From the human T2T-CHM13v2.0 reference genome, Homo sapiens, in assembly GCF_009914755.1 (NCBI RefSeq), contig NC_060926.1: 64,000 bases of DNA. One strand, 5' to 3'. Positions 34,877 to 48,879 of this stretch are shown here, piece by piece. Under the pieces are notes generated by a model, which made no database searches, had not been told where the DNA came from, and worked only from the letters and a program-made list of their open reading frames with translations. Each line of letters opens with the position of its first letter. Position 1 is the first letter of the stretch. The translations under genes were made by a program, and so were the position numbers.

Positions 34877-34997
34877 ATGCCAGAAGGAAGAAGCCACTGT
34901 GCATGCTCTATCACCAGCCTCACCCTCCTGGTCAGCCTTACAAGAGTGACACTGGATATACTCCAGAAGTTGGACCCACCACAGCCTGCACACTGGA
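34877..34997 (+). CDS. DHRS9: Alternative coding first exon of DHRS9 (long, 379-aa isoform)
   Basis: ATG 34877 with A at -3; consensus donor gtaagt at 34998. 121 nt + 59 nt (49250-49308) = 180 nt, open and in frame with ATG 49309. Confidence 0.75.
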
Positions 34998-36045
34998 GTA
35001 AGTGCTTTCCTCCAGTTGAAGCTCATCTTAGAATGATCTGTGACTTAGACCATCCCCAGAATGGTGTAGTTGCAGGAAGCCTAACGTATGTCTCCTGAGA
35101 CAGCCTCAGATCTGAGTTTCCTCCTTATGTTTTGGTATTTGGAAAGGGGTGGAGAAGATACTCTTGGGTAGAAGTATGGGAGGCATACAGATTCAGAAGA
35201 AAAAGGATAACTCTATCTTTAGTGTGTTGTCTGTGGTGGCATCTAGCCTTACCACTGTATACTTACATTCCACCTACAAACATTAAAATAAAATGCACAG
35301 TGCACTCCTTTGTTTTAAAAAGGAACTAGGAAAAAACTCAAATGGCAATTTGGTTCCAGATTTTTTTTTTAATGTGATCTTTGATCTGAAGTCAATGTAG
35401 GATGAGTTCTGAACAAAGTAGCACTTTCAAAGGTTGTATATTAAAGAGGTGAAATGAAAGACAACTTGGCACTTGAGATATGAATTTGAATGTGTATATG
35501 GTTACAGTCTGGATAAGACACTGCTAACATGACTTCATTAACTGATCGCCTATGTGGGACCATTGGACAAGGAGAGGGGGTGTTCTGGCTGTGGTGCCAT
35601 ATACTGAAACTGAACCCATGAGTTGGGCCCACAGGAATTGAGGGACAAGCCAGATAGATGGCAAGAATTCTAATTTCCAATATGCAAATCAGTCTAAACA
35701 TTTGACTTTTTTTAAGTCTATTTGGAAAGTTTTTGAAACACGGCTGCACTAGGCGAGTTCATTAAGTAGCAAAATTTTAACTATTGTTATAACTTTTTCT
35801 TTGCCCTTTTCAGTTAACACTGCATGACCACCCAGGTGCATGAGGCTCTCTTCTCCTCTTAGTGACAATAACAGGCTCACAGGAAGGGTTCAGTATTAAT
35901 TATTTATACCTTACTTCATGTGGCTCTAAGTCAATGTATTGTCTATGAGGTTTTATATTTAAGCCATACTTATGAAATGCTAAAGAGGAAAAAGCATATT
36001 TAGCACATTTGGGGCACCCTAAATGTGAACCTGAGTAAATTTCAG

Positions 36046-36322
36046 TTTGTTTGTTTGTTTGTTTTTGTTTGTTTTGAGACGGAGTCTCACGCTGTTACCC
36101 AGGCTGGAGGGCAATGGCGCGATCTTGGCTCACACGCAACTTGGCCTCCCAGATTCAAGAGATTCTGTCTTAGCTTACCAAGTTGCTGGGATTACAGGTG
36201 CCCACCACCATGCCTGGCTAATTTTTTGTATTTTTAGTAGAGATGGGGTTTCACGATGTTGGCCAGGCTAGTCTCAAACTTCTGACCTCAAGTGATCCGC
36301 CCGCTTTGGCCTCCCAAAGTGG
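36046..36322 (-). mobile_element. Alu (AluS-type) with (TTTG)n tail
   Basis: gagacggagtctcacgct...ctgacctcaagtgatccgcccgc...ctcccaaagtg; Alu 5' end missing. Confidence 0.93.
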
Positions 36323-37084
36323 GTTTGTTGTTCTTTTAAAGAAAAAAGACCACTACTTATTTTAAAGGGTGATAGCAGTGTCCTGACTCTACCTAGACAG
36401 ATATGTTCATTCATGTGCTCATTCCAGTTGAACCATAATAACTGCAATTTTCAAAGGAGGAATACAGAGTCTGGGAAATCAGAAGAGTATAGCAACAAAC
36501 TGGTATACGAGGAAACTGAAAATGAAAAATCAGCAAAGTGGTATTTGTACCTGCCTGAGTGGCTACAGTGGTGAAGGTGAAGGGTGGCAGGCTAGATTAG
36601 CACCATCTCCTCCCCTCCTCGCCTGCGGCCTCAGTACTTTCCACTGTGGTCCCAGGATACGCCAGGTCAACTGTGATCAACTCTGACACAGACAAACTCT
36701 GGGAGGGGAGGAGGCATCCTTTCCTATTCTCAGCGGTCTCAGTTCCAGAGACCACTTTAGTAAGCTCTCCTTGTCATACCTTAAAACATAAATTAAGACC
36801 CATAAGTAATTCCAAAACCTCATTTTATTATGTTGTTTTTATCTCCTTGCTCGCCCATCTTAAAAAAAATGGTAACACCAATCTCAGAGACTGATTTCTC
36901 CTACTTATTCTCTTAGGAGGGAAGGAGTGTTAAATAAGCCAAGGCATGCTAACAGGAAGGAAAAAATGGAGATTATGAAGAATAATCACAATTTGAAAAC
37001 TATTAAAACCACGCACCAGGCAGTTTACAAAATATTTATTTCTTTGTTATATTATTTCTGCTGCTGAATTTGGTCAAGAGATTG

Positions 37085-37255
37085 TACTAATCATAAAATG
37101 AATGTTATTGATCATTTTAAAGTCTCTTCTAAAAGTAGCTAAATTTATACTGCTGATTCCTTTTGAAACATGCGACCTACAGCTTCTTGGCTTTTATGAG
37201 CTATTCAAGAGATATTTAGTCATCACGTTGTGTCACAATGGGAGTGACTCACAGA
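37085..37255 (+). promoter_or_regulatory. Candidate proximal promoter with AP-1 and CDX-type motifs
   Basis: TGACTCA 37245-37251, TTAGTCA 37216-37222, TTTATGA 37193-37199, TCATAAAA 37091-37098. Confidence 0.5.
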
Positions 37256-37259
37256 GCAA

Positions 37260-37447
37260 GGAGAGAACCTGAGGATTCCTCACACATGTAGTACTCAGAG
37301 CTCTACGGAAACCCAGGCACCTCGACCTCAAGAGGATCAGCCTGGCCAGGGTGGCACAACTCTTCCTTCCCCGTGCACAGCAGGAAAGCTGCCATCAGCT
37401 GAGCAAGTCCACCAACAGTTTCTGTGTCCCACTTCATCTTTAATAAG
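37260..37447 (+). other. DHRS9: DHRS9 non-coding first exon (5' end approximate)
   Basis: Strong donor TAAG|gtaact at 37447/37448 in unique sequence, downstream of AP-1/CDX-like motifs. The junction ...taataag|gacaccatc... matches my recollection of the mRNA leader. Confidence 0.65.
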
Positions 37448-38512
37448 GTAACTGATGACAGTTTTGTCATTTATTCTTTTATTTATCAAGTCAATCTAAA
37501 CTTTCTTTGATTTTCCTCACTCTTGCAGAATGAATCGGTGGTCTTTCAAGCTGTGGTCAATGTTGCTACTTCTTTTAATGTAACACATTAGAACCCAGTG
37601 ATGGGAGCTGGGTCCATCTCACCATAGAAATGACCTCGGTGTGACCTGGGATCTTGCCTTGAACTCCTCCAGGACTCTCTTTGAATGTCCTTTAGCACCC
37701 TAGTGTCCCAATTCAATTCATATTTTATTTTCTCTGTGCCTTCTTGACACTATCTGTGAATCTTATGATTAATTGGAAACTGGAGGGGGAAGTCTCCAAA
37801 AAGCACAGGATTCTTAGATGAGTTTCTTACTGAAGCAGCAGATTCTCTGTCAACTGCAGGTCTGATCTGTTTGTCTGTCCGCTTTATCAATATTATCAGA
37901 TGTAAGTTTACATGAATACACACACATATTCACTAAACTGAGGGGAAAAAATGCCTTGTAGGTCATAAAAAAGCAGGGAAATTCCCAACAATTCATATTT
38001 GATCCCTGGATCCAGGGGTGGCAGCAATAAGCCTGCTTTAGATATTTACTCCCCATTTTATGATCCGGTGGTTTGGTTTTTCAAATGATGATATGGCTCC
38101 TTTCGCAATGACTTGATGTTTAGGAGGTGTGCTTCAATAAATACATTTTAAAATCAACAATCAAGTTAGAGTTGTACAAATGGCTCTGAAATGTCCCACT
38201 ACACTGTTAGACCAAGGGCACAGATTGTGCTTCTGTACTATTTATCCTAGTATCCCTCGGCATATATTAACTGCTCTAAAAATCTCCTTGGCTACACGCT
38301 GCATCAAATCAAAGTTAAATGTTATACCACCTTTCTATTCTATTTTTAATATTCAAAGAGGGTGCTCAGATTTTAGAACAAATTTCAATGTTTAAGTACA
38401 CACAAAAAAATCATTAACTCATATATTTCAAGAGTAGGAAATGGGAACTGGTGTTAAAACTCTTATAACAAATGTCACTGTCTTAAGGGACAGTGTTTAA
38501 AAACGCATACCT

Positions 38513-38847
<335 letters not shown>

Positions 38848-40304
38848 TCACTGTGGCTGAAATATACTGAAGTTTTAAACACACTTTTGGAACCTATACA
38901 TATGTTCTATGTTCTAAGCTTTCCTTAAAGCCTTGTGACTACAAATGATAACTGTACACAACATATAATCTTTCCCAGATAGCAATTGTTATGCAGTGAC
39001 CATAAATAAAGTAATCATAGCTTTAACAATAATTTGTAACCTGCTAATACTGTCAGGAAACATTGTCAAAATAATAAACCTAGGAGGGACTTGGGATAAT
39101 TAATGAATAGTTAGGGATGTGATGGTGAATTATAATTTAAACGTTTTGAAGGAAGGCAAAAGAAAATCAGAGATGCTTTTATCCTTAGAACTAAAAATGC
39201 AAAATGTAAATCCAGCAGATCTTCCCTATTTGAGGCAGTTGGTACACCTCTGCTAGGAGGGAGGGAAGCTACATCCTGAGGAGGCTGTCTGAGTGAATCT
39301 GTAGTGGAAGTACACACGAACTCCATGCCTCGCTGTCCCAGTACCCAAAGCACAGTCTGGCTGCCAAGGATTACCTCCTGCCCTCAGGGAAGCAGGAATC
39401 AAGGGCAAATGTAACTAACCAGAGGAGGAGCTTCTTCATCCATTGAGTAAGGGAACTTACCCTCCCACGACGATAAATACCAACTCAACTATATCATCAG
39501 CAGCATAATAATTATTATAATTGTTATTTCAGTCAGACTCTCAAAAAAGCATTCGTTGCTTAATGCAAGCACATTTAATGTAGGGTCCCTTGGTGCCATT
39601 AAAAAATTTTTTTTTCAGATTTCTGGGTGGACCATTTGAACACATTTCTCACAGAAACATAATTTTTTAGTTTATGTCAATAGGTTCCAGTGTTCATTTT
39701 TTTTTAAGTGTGGAAGAAATCTCTAAAAGCCACCTGGGTTTTTTTTTTTTTTTTAAACAAAACAAAACAAAAACCAGTTTTTTTTTACTTCAATGAAAAG
39801 GAAAAAATGAAAAAGGAATGTTGTGTTAAGTCAACCGGGTTTACAATATTCAAATATACAAGAGGCATACATGTTCAGTGGCTTTCAGTATTCAGAAAGC
39901 CATGCAAGAGAACTCCAAAAAGAGAATACTTTAGAAAATCATTGCTCAATGTTTTCTATTTGATGTATTTTGGTAAACAACATAGTTGTTGATTCAACTT
40001 GGGCCACAATTGCAACACATTGGAAGTAAATAAAGATTCTACAAACTCCTGACAGTGTGGTTGACTAGCTTTGGTATCGCTTTCTAAAAGGAAACACTTC
40101 ATGAAGTTATGTGGAAATAAAATCAACTGGTCTGGGAGGAACTATCTAGAAAGAACTCTACATTGCTTATAAAAAGTATACCTCACAATAATATTGAGAT
40201 ATTTTCTGTTCTTTTTTTTAAACTGTGTCATTTATTTTTAAGAAACAGAGGAAGGTGAATAAGAGAAGTGAAATTAAATAATCCTATTTTAACTTTTTTA
40301 CTAG

Positions 40305-40417
40305 GAAAACAAACTCAGGAAGAAAAAGAAAAGCAGAAGTGATCAAGGAGAGCGCTCGAGTTGCAATATTTTCCTTTGGCTGCTGACAGGCAGTTACTAT
40401 AAAGCATTGTGCATGGT
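40305..40417 (+). other. Candidate alternative 5' UTR exon
   Basis: ttttaacttttttactag| acceptor, purine-rich body, weak alternative donors at 40416 (gtgtat) or 40418 (gtatga). Confidence 0.35.
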
Positions 40418-41616
40418 GTATGAAAGACAAAACTAGTTCTCCTTTCTTGGTTTCTTTTGAATCTTTGTGATATGGTAGAGAAAGTTTGATAAAGTGTTCT
40501 TGTGCCTGCTGTCGACTGATAATGTGTTCATCTCTTTGCAGTTCTTCCTTCTCTTTCACACAGTTTAGAGTTCAGAGAGTTTTAGTTCTGGTCACTCTCT
40601 GGCAAGTGACCATAGTTATGACCTCTACTCTACACCAGAAATATCTTGACAATTACATGAGATAAATATTACATAAACACTTCCCAAAACTTTGTAATGT
40701 TATCAAAATTGGAAGTGTGAATATTATGTATTATTATAATTGCTATCATCCTTTTGCCCCAGCGATTCAGAGGTCTCAAAGATTAATCCAATTATCACTA
40801 GAACTCTGGAGCTACAGTGGAGACTTCCTTCTTTCCTTCCTTTTTTCCTTCTTTGCTGTACAACATTTACTAAACATCAACATAATGCCAAGTATCATAC
40901 AAGGAACTGGTAATGTAGAGAAGTATATGCAGAGCCCAGAGTTGAGTGGGAATACAGACTGCAGTGGTAGAACAGAATGGTCTGGGTATCAGTCCCGGAA
41001 TTGCCACTACAACTGTAGCTGGAGCCAATTAAACAGAGCTTCTGAATGTGTTTCCTCCTCTATACAGTGAAGATAATTTTGTCGTAAGGTGTAAATAAGA
41101 TAAATATTTATAGATCCTAGGAAACGGCCTACAACATGTTAGGCACTCAATGAACCATAGCAGTTATTATCATTCCTCCCTGACTTGGTCAACCAGGAAC
41201 TTGAGAATCATAGATTTGCTAGGAGGATATTTTGAATTCTGTAGGGTCAGTTGGCCACCCACCAAAGGGTACCCCCAGAGGAGCTGGGGGTCAACAGCAT
41301 GGGGTAAACCTTGAGGGAGGGAACAGATGGGAGGTGATTGGATGAAGAGATTTGGGTGAGGACACAGAGCCAAACCATATCAGCCTCTTATCCTCCTGAT
41401 GACAAAAAGACATTTTAAAATATTTATATAGAGGGAAATTAATGCTTGCAGCAGCAGGATATGAGTAATTTTTATAAGTAACCCAACTTTTCCATGAGGC
41501 CATTAAAAAAAGAAACTCATCAATGTGATACTACCAAGGAACCAATGACTAAGTTTCCAGAAAAGTAGTTCTAGTGCTATGATATTCTGGACTCCCAACA
41601 CTAGGAAGTTCTAGAA

Positions 41617-41832
41617 CAGTGGTTCTAAACTGGGGGATATTTTGTCCTCCAGGGGACATTTGGCATTATCTGGAGACATTTTTGGTTTTCACAACTTGGG
41701 GAGGGGTGCTACTGCTGACTAGAGAGTAGAGGCCAGAGATGCCACTAAACATGCTAAATGCACAGGACTGACCCCACAACAAATAATTACCTGGCCCAAA
41801 ATATCAAAATTACTCAGTTAGAGGAATCAATG
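41617..41832. mobile_element. MER20 (hAT-Charlie)
   Basis: cagtggttctaaactggggg...ccaggggacatttggc...ggagacatttttggtt...gtagaggccagagatgc...ctggcccaaaatatcaa. Confidence 0.85.
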
Positions 41833-41944
41833 CCTAAATATGAGCAATACATAGAGCAGACTGCCTCATAAAGTGAAAGTGATTCACCCTGCCATGAAGA
41901 TAACAAAGTTCTTACTGTAACGGCAGACATTAGGTCACTTCACC

Positions 41945-42110
41945 CAGTACTCTCCAAGGTAGATGTTGTATTTCTACTTTACAGGTAGGAAAATGGAGGC
42001 TAAGAAAAGTTAATTTGTCCGAGGGCCCTCTGATGATAGTGAAACTGGGATGGAACCTCTGCCTGCTTGCTTCTGAGGTCTGGGCTCCTAACTACTGCTC
42101 TACTGCCTCG
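41945..42110 (-). mobile_element. MIR fragment
   Basis: ctttacaggtaggaaaatggaggctaagaaaagttaatttgtccgaggg. Confidence 0.6.
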
Positions 42111-42964
42111 AGCCAAGAGATTTACGCCCTATTAAGCAATTTGTTGTGCGATAAATTGGAAGACACAGCAGATAAGCAAACAACTCAAGCAACCAGGTCA
42201 GTTCCTGGAGTTTCTGAATTGTTGGGACCAAGGGGCCGTGCAGAGGTAACCACAGCTGGCGTAGTGTGGTTGAGGTAGCCCTATTAGCCTTTTAGTTGCT
42301 GTTACTAATTTATTTCTCAGTGGTCAATGAACCAATTGGCCATCAATCAGCTTTGTGTATAGGTCATGTTCCCATGGCTCTGACCCAGGTTGCTGCTCAG
42401 AGTTGGCATCGTGGCTAAAATATTACTAGAGGTCAAAGATATGTGTGTGTTTGTGGTTGATTTAGTCGAGTGATCTAGAGGAATCTGAACCTTAGAGACT
42501 GAAGAAGAACCAGCATTTCTGGGCAATAATACTTGAGTTAAGGAGAGTGTAGCAAAACTCTAGGTTAGCATTGGCAGTCCCTAGGATTCAGACTGTAGGC
42601 CTAAATGACCCTCAGTCCAGAGCTGTACCTAATGAGGACAATACATTTTAATGTGAGTCCATTCTTAACAGCAAAATTTCCTCTTTGCTTGTCACCAGGG
42701 AAAAATGGGTTTGCATAGAAAAGGTGGAGATTGAGGGGGAAGCAGAATGGACAAGGAGTAAAGAGGGAATCCAACTACTTAGATTTGAGCTTTCGTTCTT
42801 CTTTGGTAGTTGTAGAGGTGAGCTTACCAAAGCATAGATGACAGGCAATGTGGTATACAAGTTACTACACTCCAAAAGTCTGGGGTTCTTACTTATTTTG
42901 TGCATGACATCCAAAGTAGCCTAATAAAATCTTTTCACAGAAAAAAAAGCTTTACTTTCCTTTG

Positions 42965-44430
42965 CCAAATTTTTAACTTTTTATTCTGAAATAATTTCAG
43001 AATTATTGAAAAATTTAGAGACTAGGACAACCCAGATTCCTCAAATATTAACACTTTACCACATCTGCCTTCTCATTCCTCTCTATATACATAGGTGCAT
43101 GTGTGGTTTTAATGTTTATTTATATACATATCATTATTATTTTCTTAACTGTTTGAGAGTAAGTTGAAGACATGATGCTCCTTACTCTTTAAATACTTCA
43201 GTGTGTATTTCCTAAAAAGCAGGCCATGTTCTACATCATCACAGTATAATTATCAAAATTGGGAAATTAATATTAATGCAATACTATTTATCAAATTTTA
43301 AGATCTTATTCAAATTTCACTTGCTGGCCTAATAATGTTCTTTCTGAAAAAAGAAAAAAAAATTTTGATCCAGGATCACATATTGCATTTGGTTGTTGTA
43401 TCTCGTTGGTCTCCTTTGATCTGAAATGGTCCTCAGTATTTCTTTTACTTCATGACTTTGATGTTTTTGAAGAGTACAGCCATATATTTAGAAGCACTGG
43501 AAGATGTTTCCCCATGCATAATTAGCTTTGGATGCTCCACAGAAGAGCTGTTGTGTCCTTCCCTGTGTGCCATCTCAGGGGGCATGCGATGTTGGTTTGT
43601 TCCATAACTAGTGATGTGAATCCTTATCACTTGGTTAAGGTGGTATCCGTCAGATTTCTCCACTATAAAATTACCATTATTCTCTCTTTAATTTGAAAGT
43701 ATATGACAGGGAGATTCTTTGAGATTCTATAATGACTGTCTGTCATCGGAATTTGACCCACTAGTTTTAGCATCCATTGATCATTCCTGCCTGAAACCAT
43801 TGTTGCTATGTCAGTTGCCAAATGGTGATATTCTAATTCCATCATTCGTCTGACACTTATTAGATGGCATATTAATTCTAAGGAAAAATTTCCATTTATC
43901 CTTATTTATTGATTGATTTACTTCAGAATGGATTCATGAATTCATATCTGATTTAATGAGTTATTACCCATTATCACTATTGGCTTTGATGCTCAAATTG
44001 TCTCTTACTTCGCCAGTGGGAGCCCCTTCCAGCTGACATCTATGTACTAGTGATGTATCTCCAGCATTCGTTGAGCACTTACTTACTTGTAGCATAAGAT
44101 GCTCCAGGCTTATTTTGTACATTCGCCTCCAAGCTCAGCCCTGATGTTAGCTTTTCCAAAGAACATGAACACAATGTTTAGAAATTGGTTTCTGAGCCCT
44201 TGGTATGTTCATTGTTGTTGGAGTGTCATTGTTTCTAGCTCATCGGGTAGATCTAGAAAGTTACCTATCCATTTTTGTATTTACTGACTCATATTAAAAA
44301 CCAGGAGTTCATACTGATTCTTCCAACTATAATCCCACTCCACAGAGTTCATTCCAGCCTCTCCTTTTTCATATTTGCTACTCCTCCTTCTGACAGTGTG
44401 AAGCCTGGCTTCCATCATCCACAGCTTAGT
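42965..44430 (-). mobile_element. L1MC-type 3' region
   Basis: ttttattctgaaataatttcaga...aatacttcagtgtgtatttcctaa...tcacttggttaaggtggtatcc...cagtgggagccccttccagctg. Confidence 0.75.
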
Positions 44431-44432
44431 TA

Positions 44433-44872
44433 CAGTTGACCCTTAAACAACACAGGGATTGGGGCGCCAGTGCCCCATTCAGTCGAAAATTCATGTATAA
44501 CTTTTGACTCCCTCAAAACTTAACTCACAGCCTACTGTTGACCAGAAGCCTTACCAAAAACATAGTCAATTAACACATATTTTGTATATGTATTATATAC
44601 TGTACTCTTATAAACTAGAGAAAAGAAAATATTATTAAGAAAAGCATAAGGAAGATAAAATATACTTACTGTTTTTTAAGTGGAAGTGGATCATCATAAT
44701 GGTCTTCACCCTTACCATCTTCATGTTGAGTAGGCTGAGGAGGAAAAAAGAAGAGAGGTTGGTCTTATTGTTTCAGGGGTGGCAGAGGCTGAAGAAAATA
44801 AGACATAAGTGGATCCAGGCAGTTTGGATCCAATATGGGATCCAACAGCCCACGTTGTTCAGATGTCAGCTG
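44433..44872. mobile_element. Tigger2a-like (TcMar-Tigger) MITE
   Basis: TIRs cagttgacccttaaacaaca / cgttgttcagatgtcagctg; flanked by TA on the left and TG on the right. Confidence 0.85.
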
Positions 44873-45799
44873 TGCTTATTTTCTCAATCAAATAATTTGA
44901 AATAATAGGGTTGTCTGTTTTCTAGCTCTGGTGGAGGCTTGGATTTTATGTGATTCTATTTGTTCTTCTCTTTGAATTGTACATAGTTTTTGGAGTACGT
45001 CCTAGGAAATTTGGATTGACATGACTGTCACTACTACAGCTACCTCAGAAGTGAGAATAACTTTTTTAACACTTGAAGTGAAATACATAGTATTACAAAA
45101 GAAAACTACTGTATTGAAATACATCCAAATATTTATAAGTTTATTTTATTAACATGGTGGCAGGAACAATAACCACCATAATTTTGAAGTAGTAATCAGC
45201 ATTAATCATATTTTGAGATAATTCCAACAAATGCAATGTAACATGAAAATATTTATTATTTCTATTGGTAACAAAATCACAGGCAATACAAATACTACTG
45301 CGGTTTGTTGTTTCTTCCGTAATTGAAGATTGTGCTAAACTTCAATTACAGTTCAGGAAAAAAAAAAAGATGGGATCTTTTTCCCATCCAAATGTAGAAA
45401 CCCCTGAATTCTATCCACAGACTCTCTCAAAGTTCTAATGGCACCCTTTTGTCTGAGAAGCTTTCATAGATGCCCAAATCATCCATCCAACTGAATTCAA
45501 TCCCTTAGGGGCTGGTAACCCAGTTTCATGCACAGGAACATGCATGAAACATACCCTCCTTGTGGCTTCCCTTCCCCCATTCCCTCATCTACTTTCCCCT
45601 CTGGGACCTTGTGTCAGTTATTATACTATAACAGAGGAGGTTATGAGGGGAGATGACTCTGTAGCCACAACTATTTCAGATGTCAGATGTTGCTTTTGGC
45701 CAGTGGACTTTTATCCCTGCCTCTCAGCAATCATGGACAAGATGTGAAGTGTCGACCTTATCAACTCAGCTTGTCAGCTTGGACACTTCTCAGCCCAGC

Positions 45800-46015
45800 C
45801 CAGAGTGGAGTGCTCCAGTCCCCAGAGCCCCTCATCTGTCTCCTATAGTGGAAGGACACAGCACTCTAGTCCCAGTGACCTTGGCAAATCACTTTGTTGC
45901 TTTGAGCCAGTTTCTAAGGCAAATAATATGCCCTCTCTAACTCAAAACGCTATTGAGAGGACAAAATGAGACCTGTGTGTGAAAGCACAGCATAGAGTGC
46001 CTTACTAATGTATGA
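45800..46015 (+). mobile_element. MIR fragment
   Basis: gtgaccttggcaaatcacttt...ttgagaggacaaaatgagacctgtgtgtgaaagcac. Confidence 0.55.
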
Positions 46016-46565
46016 CATTATTTTACTGTGACTCCCTCGTGCATGCCCCTGGTAAAAATGACAACACAAAAACTTCCAACTCTCTGCTCTAGAGAACATA
46101 AAACCCCACAAATATTTGTCTTCTTCAAATAATTCCCCTGGGAGTTTAGACTGCAATGAAAGCTGCAGAATCCATTCAGAAAATATATTAAACATTTCGC
46201 CTTTCGGTGATTATTTACTGAAGCCAGATTTGAGCAAAACGCTATATTAGTTGAATTTGTAGATACAAAATTTCCTTAAAAGGTTTAAACATGTAATTTT
46301 GCAAGAGTTAGTTATACCACTTCCCCTCCCATAATTATACATTTATAATGTATTTGAGAACGGGAAATCTTGCTACATGGACATTGATTTGCAACAAATT
46401 ATAACTCTTACACAGAAAAGAGTTGGAAAAACTATACCAAATTATTAAGCCATGGTAATCTAAAAAGTTGACTACTTCAGAAATAGCTGTAGCTATACCA
46501 CAAGAATCAAGTAGGTTCTCCAAACATATTTTTATATTCCTCTGACTTAATTTTTATCAACTGAC

Positions 46566-46883
46566 TTTTTTTTTTTTTTTTTTTTTTTTTTGTGACAGAG
46601 TCTTGCACTGTCGCCAGGGCTGGAGTGCAATGGCATGATCTCGGCTCACTACAACCTCCACCTTCTGGGTTCACGATTCTCCTGCCTGATTCTCCAGCCC
46701 TAGCCTCCTGAGTAGCTGGGATTACAGGCACCCTCCACCACACCCAGCTAATTTTTTGTATTTTTAGTAGAGATGGGGTTTCACTATGTTGGCCAGACTG
46801 GTCTCAAACTCCAGACCTTGTGATCTGCCCCCCTCTGCCTCCCAAAGTGCTGGGATTACAGGAGTGAGCCACCAGGCCCGGCT
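46566..46883 (-). mobile_element. Alu (AluS-type)
   Basis: Poly(T) + dimeric Alu with a small internal duplication (gattctcc); TSD aactgac. Confidence 0.95.
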
Positions 46884-47280
46884 GAACTGACAATTCTTTT
46901 ATCATTTTTTTTTTCTTTAGCTATAGATCTTCTGGGGGAAGAAAGATAAAAGCAGAGCCCGAAATTTTCTTGAGAAGTGAAGAAGACATTACATTGATTT
47001 TTTTTAATCTGAAATAGTCTGTTTCTCAAACAGCAGTAAAAATAGTGTGTGTGTGTCTGTGTGTGTGGTGTTTAAAATTCTGTGTGTATGTTTATATTTC
47101 TTGATCTAGAAAGAAAACTTTACAAATACAGAAGAAAATGGGGAAAATGCACTAAAATATTGAATCAAGTGTTATAATCATTACTATCTTCTTTTTTTCT
47201 ATGTTTTTTCTTGAGGATAAATTACTTTTACAAGCAGAAAAAAATAAATGATTTTTGAAAAGGATTCGAAGGAAAAATTA

Positions 47281-47780
<500 letters not shown>

Positions 47781-48835
47781 TAAAGTCCAAAGTCTATAAA
47801 CTCGCTTGGCCTCTCAGTTCCTTTTTGAACTCAGTGTCCAGGAACAGCCATGATTCCAAAAGCACCCACAAGTTCTGAACTTCAACTCAGGGCCTATTGA
47901 TTGTCCTCTGTGAGGCATTTTAAAGCCCCTCTGGAGTCTCAGGGTGGGTCAAGATTAAGGGCAAAGATATTGCGTGGACACAGGAGGAAGCTTTTTGGGT
48001 CATGGAGGAAGAAAATAAGGTCTTTCCCACATGTGGTTCTCTCTTTAGCCCCTCTCCCTTCCACAGGCTCAGAGAGCCAACACAGACCTGCTCCTCTGTG
48101 GGGAGGGAGCTGATGATCTCATTCTCTTGGGCTGCCCCATCACTGAGTGTGGAGGGCTGGGCCCATGGTACTCAGACCTGAGGCAGCTGGCCATACAGCC
48201 TTGGCACCCAGGCATAAACCTCAGGTTCTTGTTCACTTCCTCTTTCTGGATGGCTTGCTTTTCTCTGGCACCAGTACCCCATGGTAAGAGTAATATATGC
48301 TGAGGGGAAACGCAGATGCAGGCTTCTGAAGAAAAAGGAAAGAAAGCCCTCTACCTGCCTGATTTTAGGCCCTAGGCTACCTCTAGCCCTGACAAAATTA
48401 ATTTTCCAAGTAGTTCTGCTGCACATATGGTCAAAGCTTCCGTTTTACAGCATACATTTGCTTGGCTTTATCCTTTGTCCATGTGATTTTTTTCTCACAG
48501 GAGACTGGTGTTCACAGAAGACAGAATTTGGGGATGTGGGAGTCTGGTTTGGGACATGGTGCATTGGCCAGCATTTCCCTCTCAGTCACTTCCCATTTAT
48601 CTTGCCCTTTCTTGGTGAACTCACTTGTTGCCTCCCACTTTAATACTCATCTGCATTGGGGTGTAATGATCTCAGAGTTGGGTTGAAGATTGACATTAAC
48701 CCATTTAAAATAAGAAAATGGAAGCCAAGTTGGGAATATCTTAGTGGCAACAAAAAATGCTCTTCTTCTCCTGACAGTTTGAAGATAATTGGGAGTCTGA
48801 CAGAACAATTAAAATTGAATTATTGTTTCTAATAG

Positions 48836-48879
48836 ATTTTAAGCCCATTCTGCAGTGGAATTTCATGAACTAGCAAGAG
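48836..48879 (+). other. DHRS9: Candidate 44-nt alternative 5' UTR exon of DHRS9
   Basis: ttgtttctaatag| acceptor and strong GAG|gtaaga donor, 370 nt upstream of the main coding exon. Confidence 0.55.

Noticed and set aside
34000-38000. CpG island promoter
   Set aside because: CpG is depleted throughout the leader region apart from young Alus; the promoters appear to be non-CpG-island type.
40717-41070. 117-aa ORF, and the similar 120-aa ORF at 48281-48643
   Set aside because: No recognisable domain. The first overlaps L2/MIR-like sequence and has a non-ATG start; lengths are compatible with chance.
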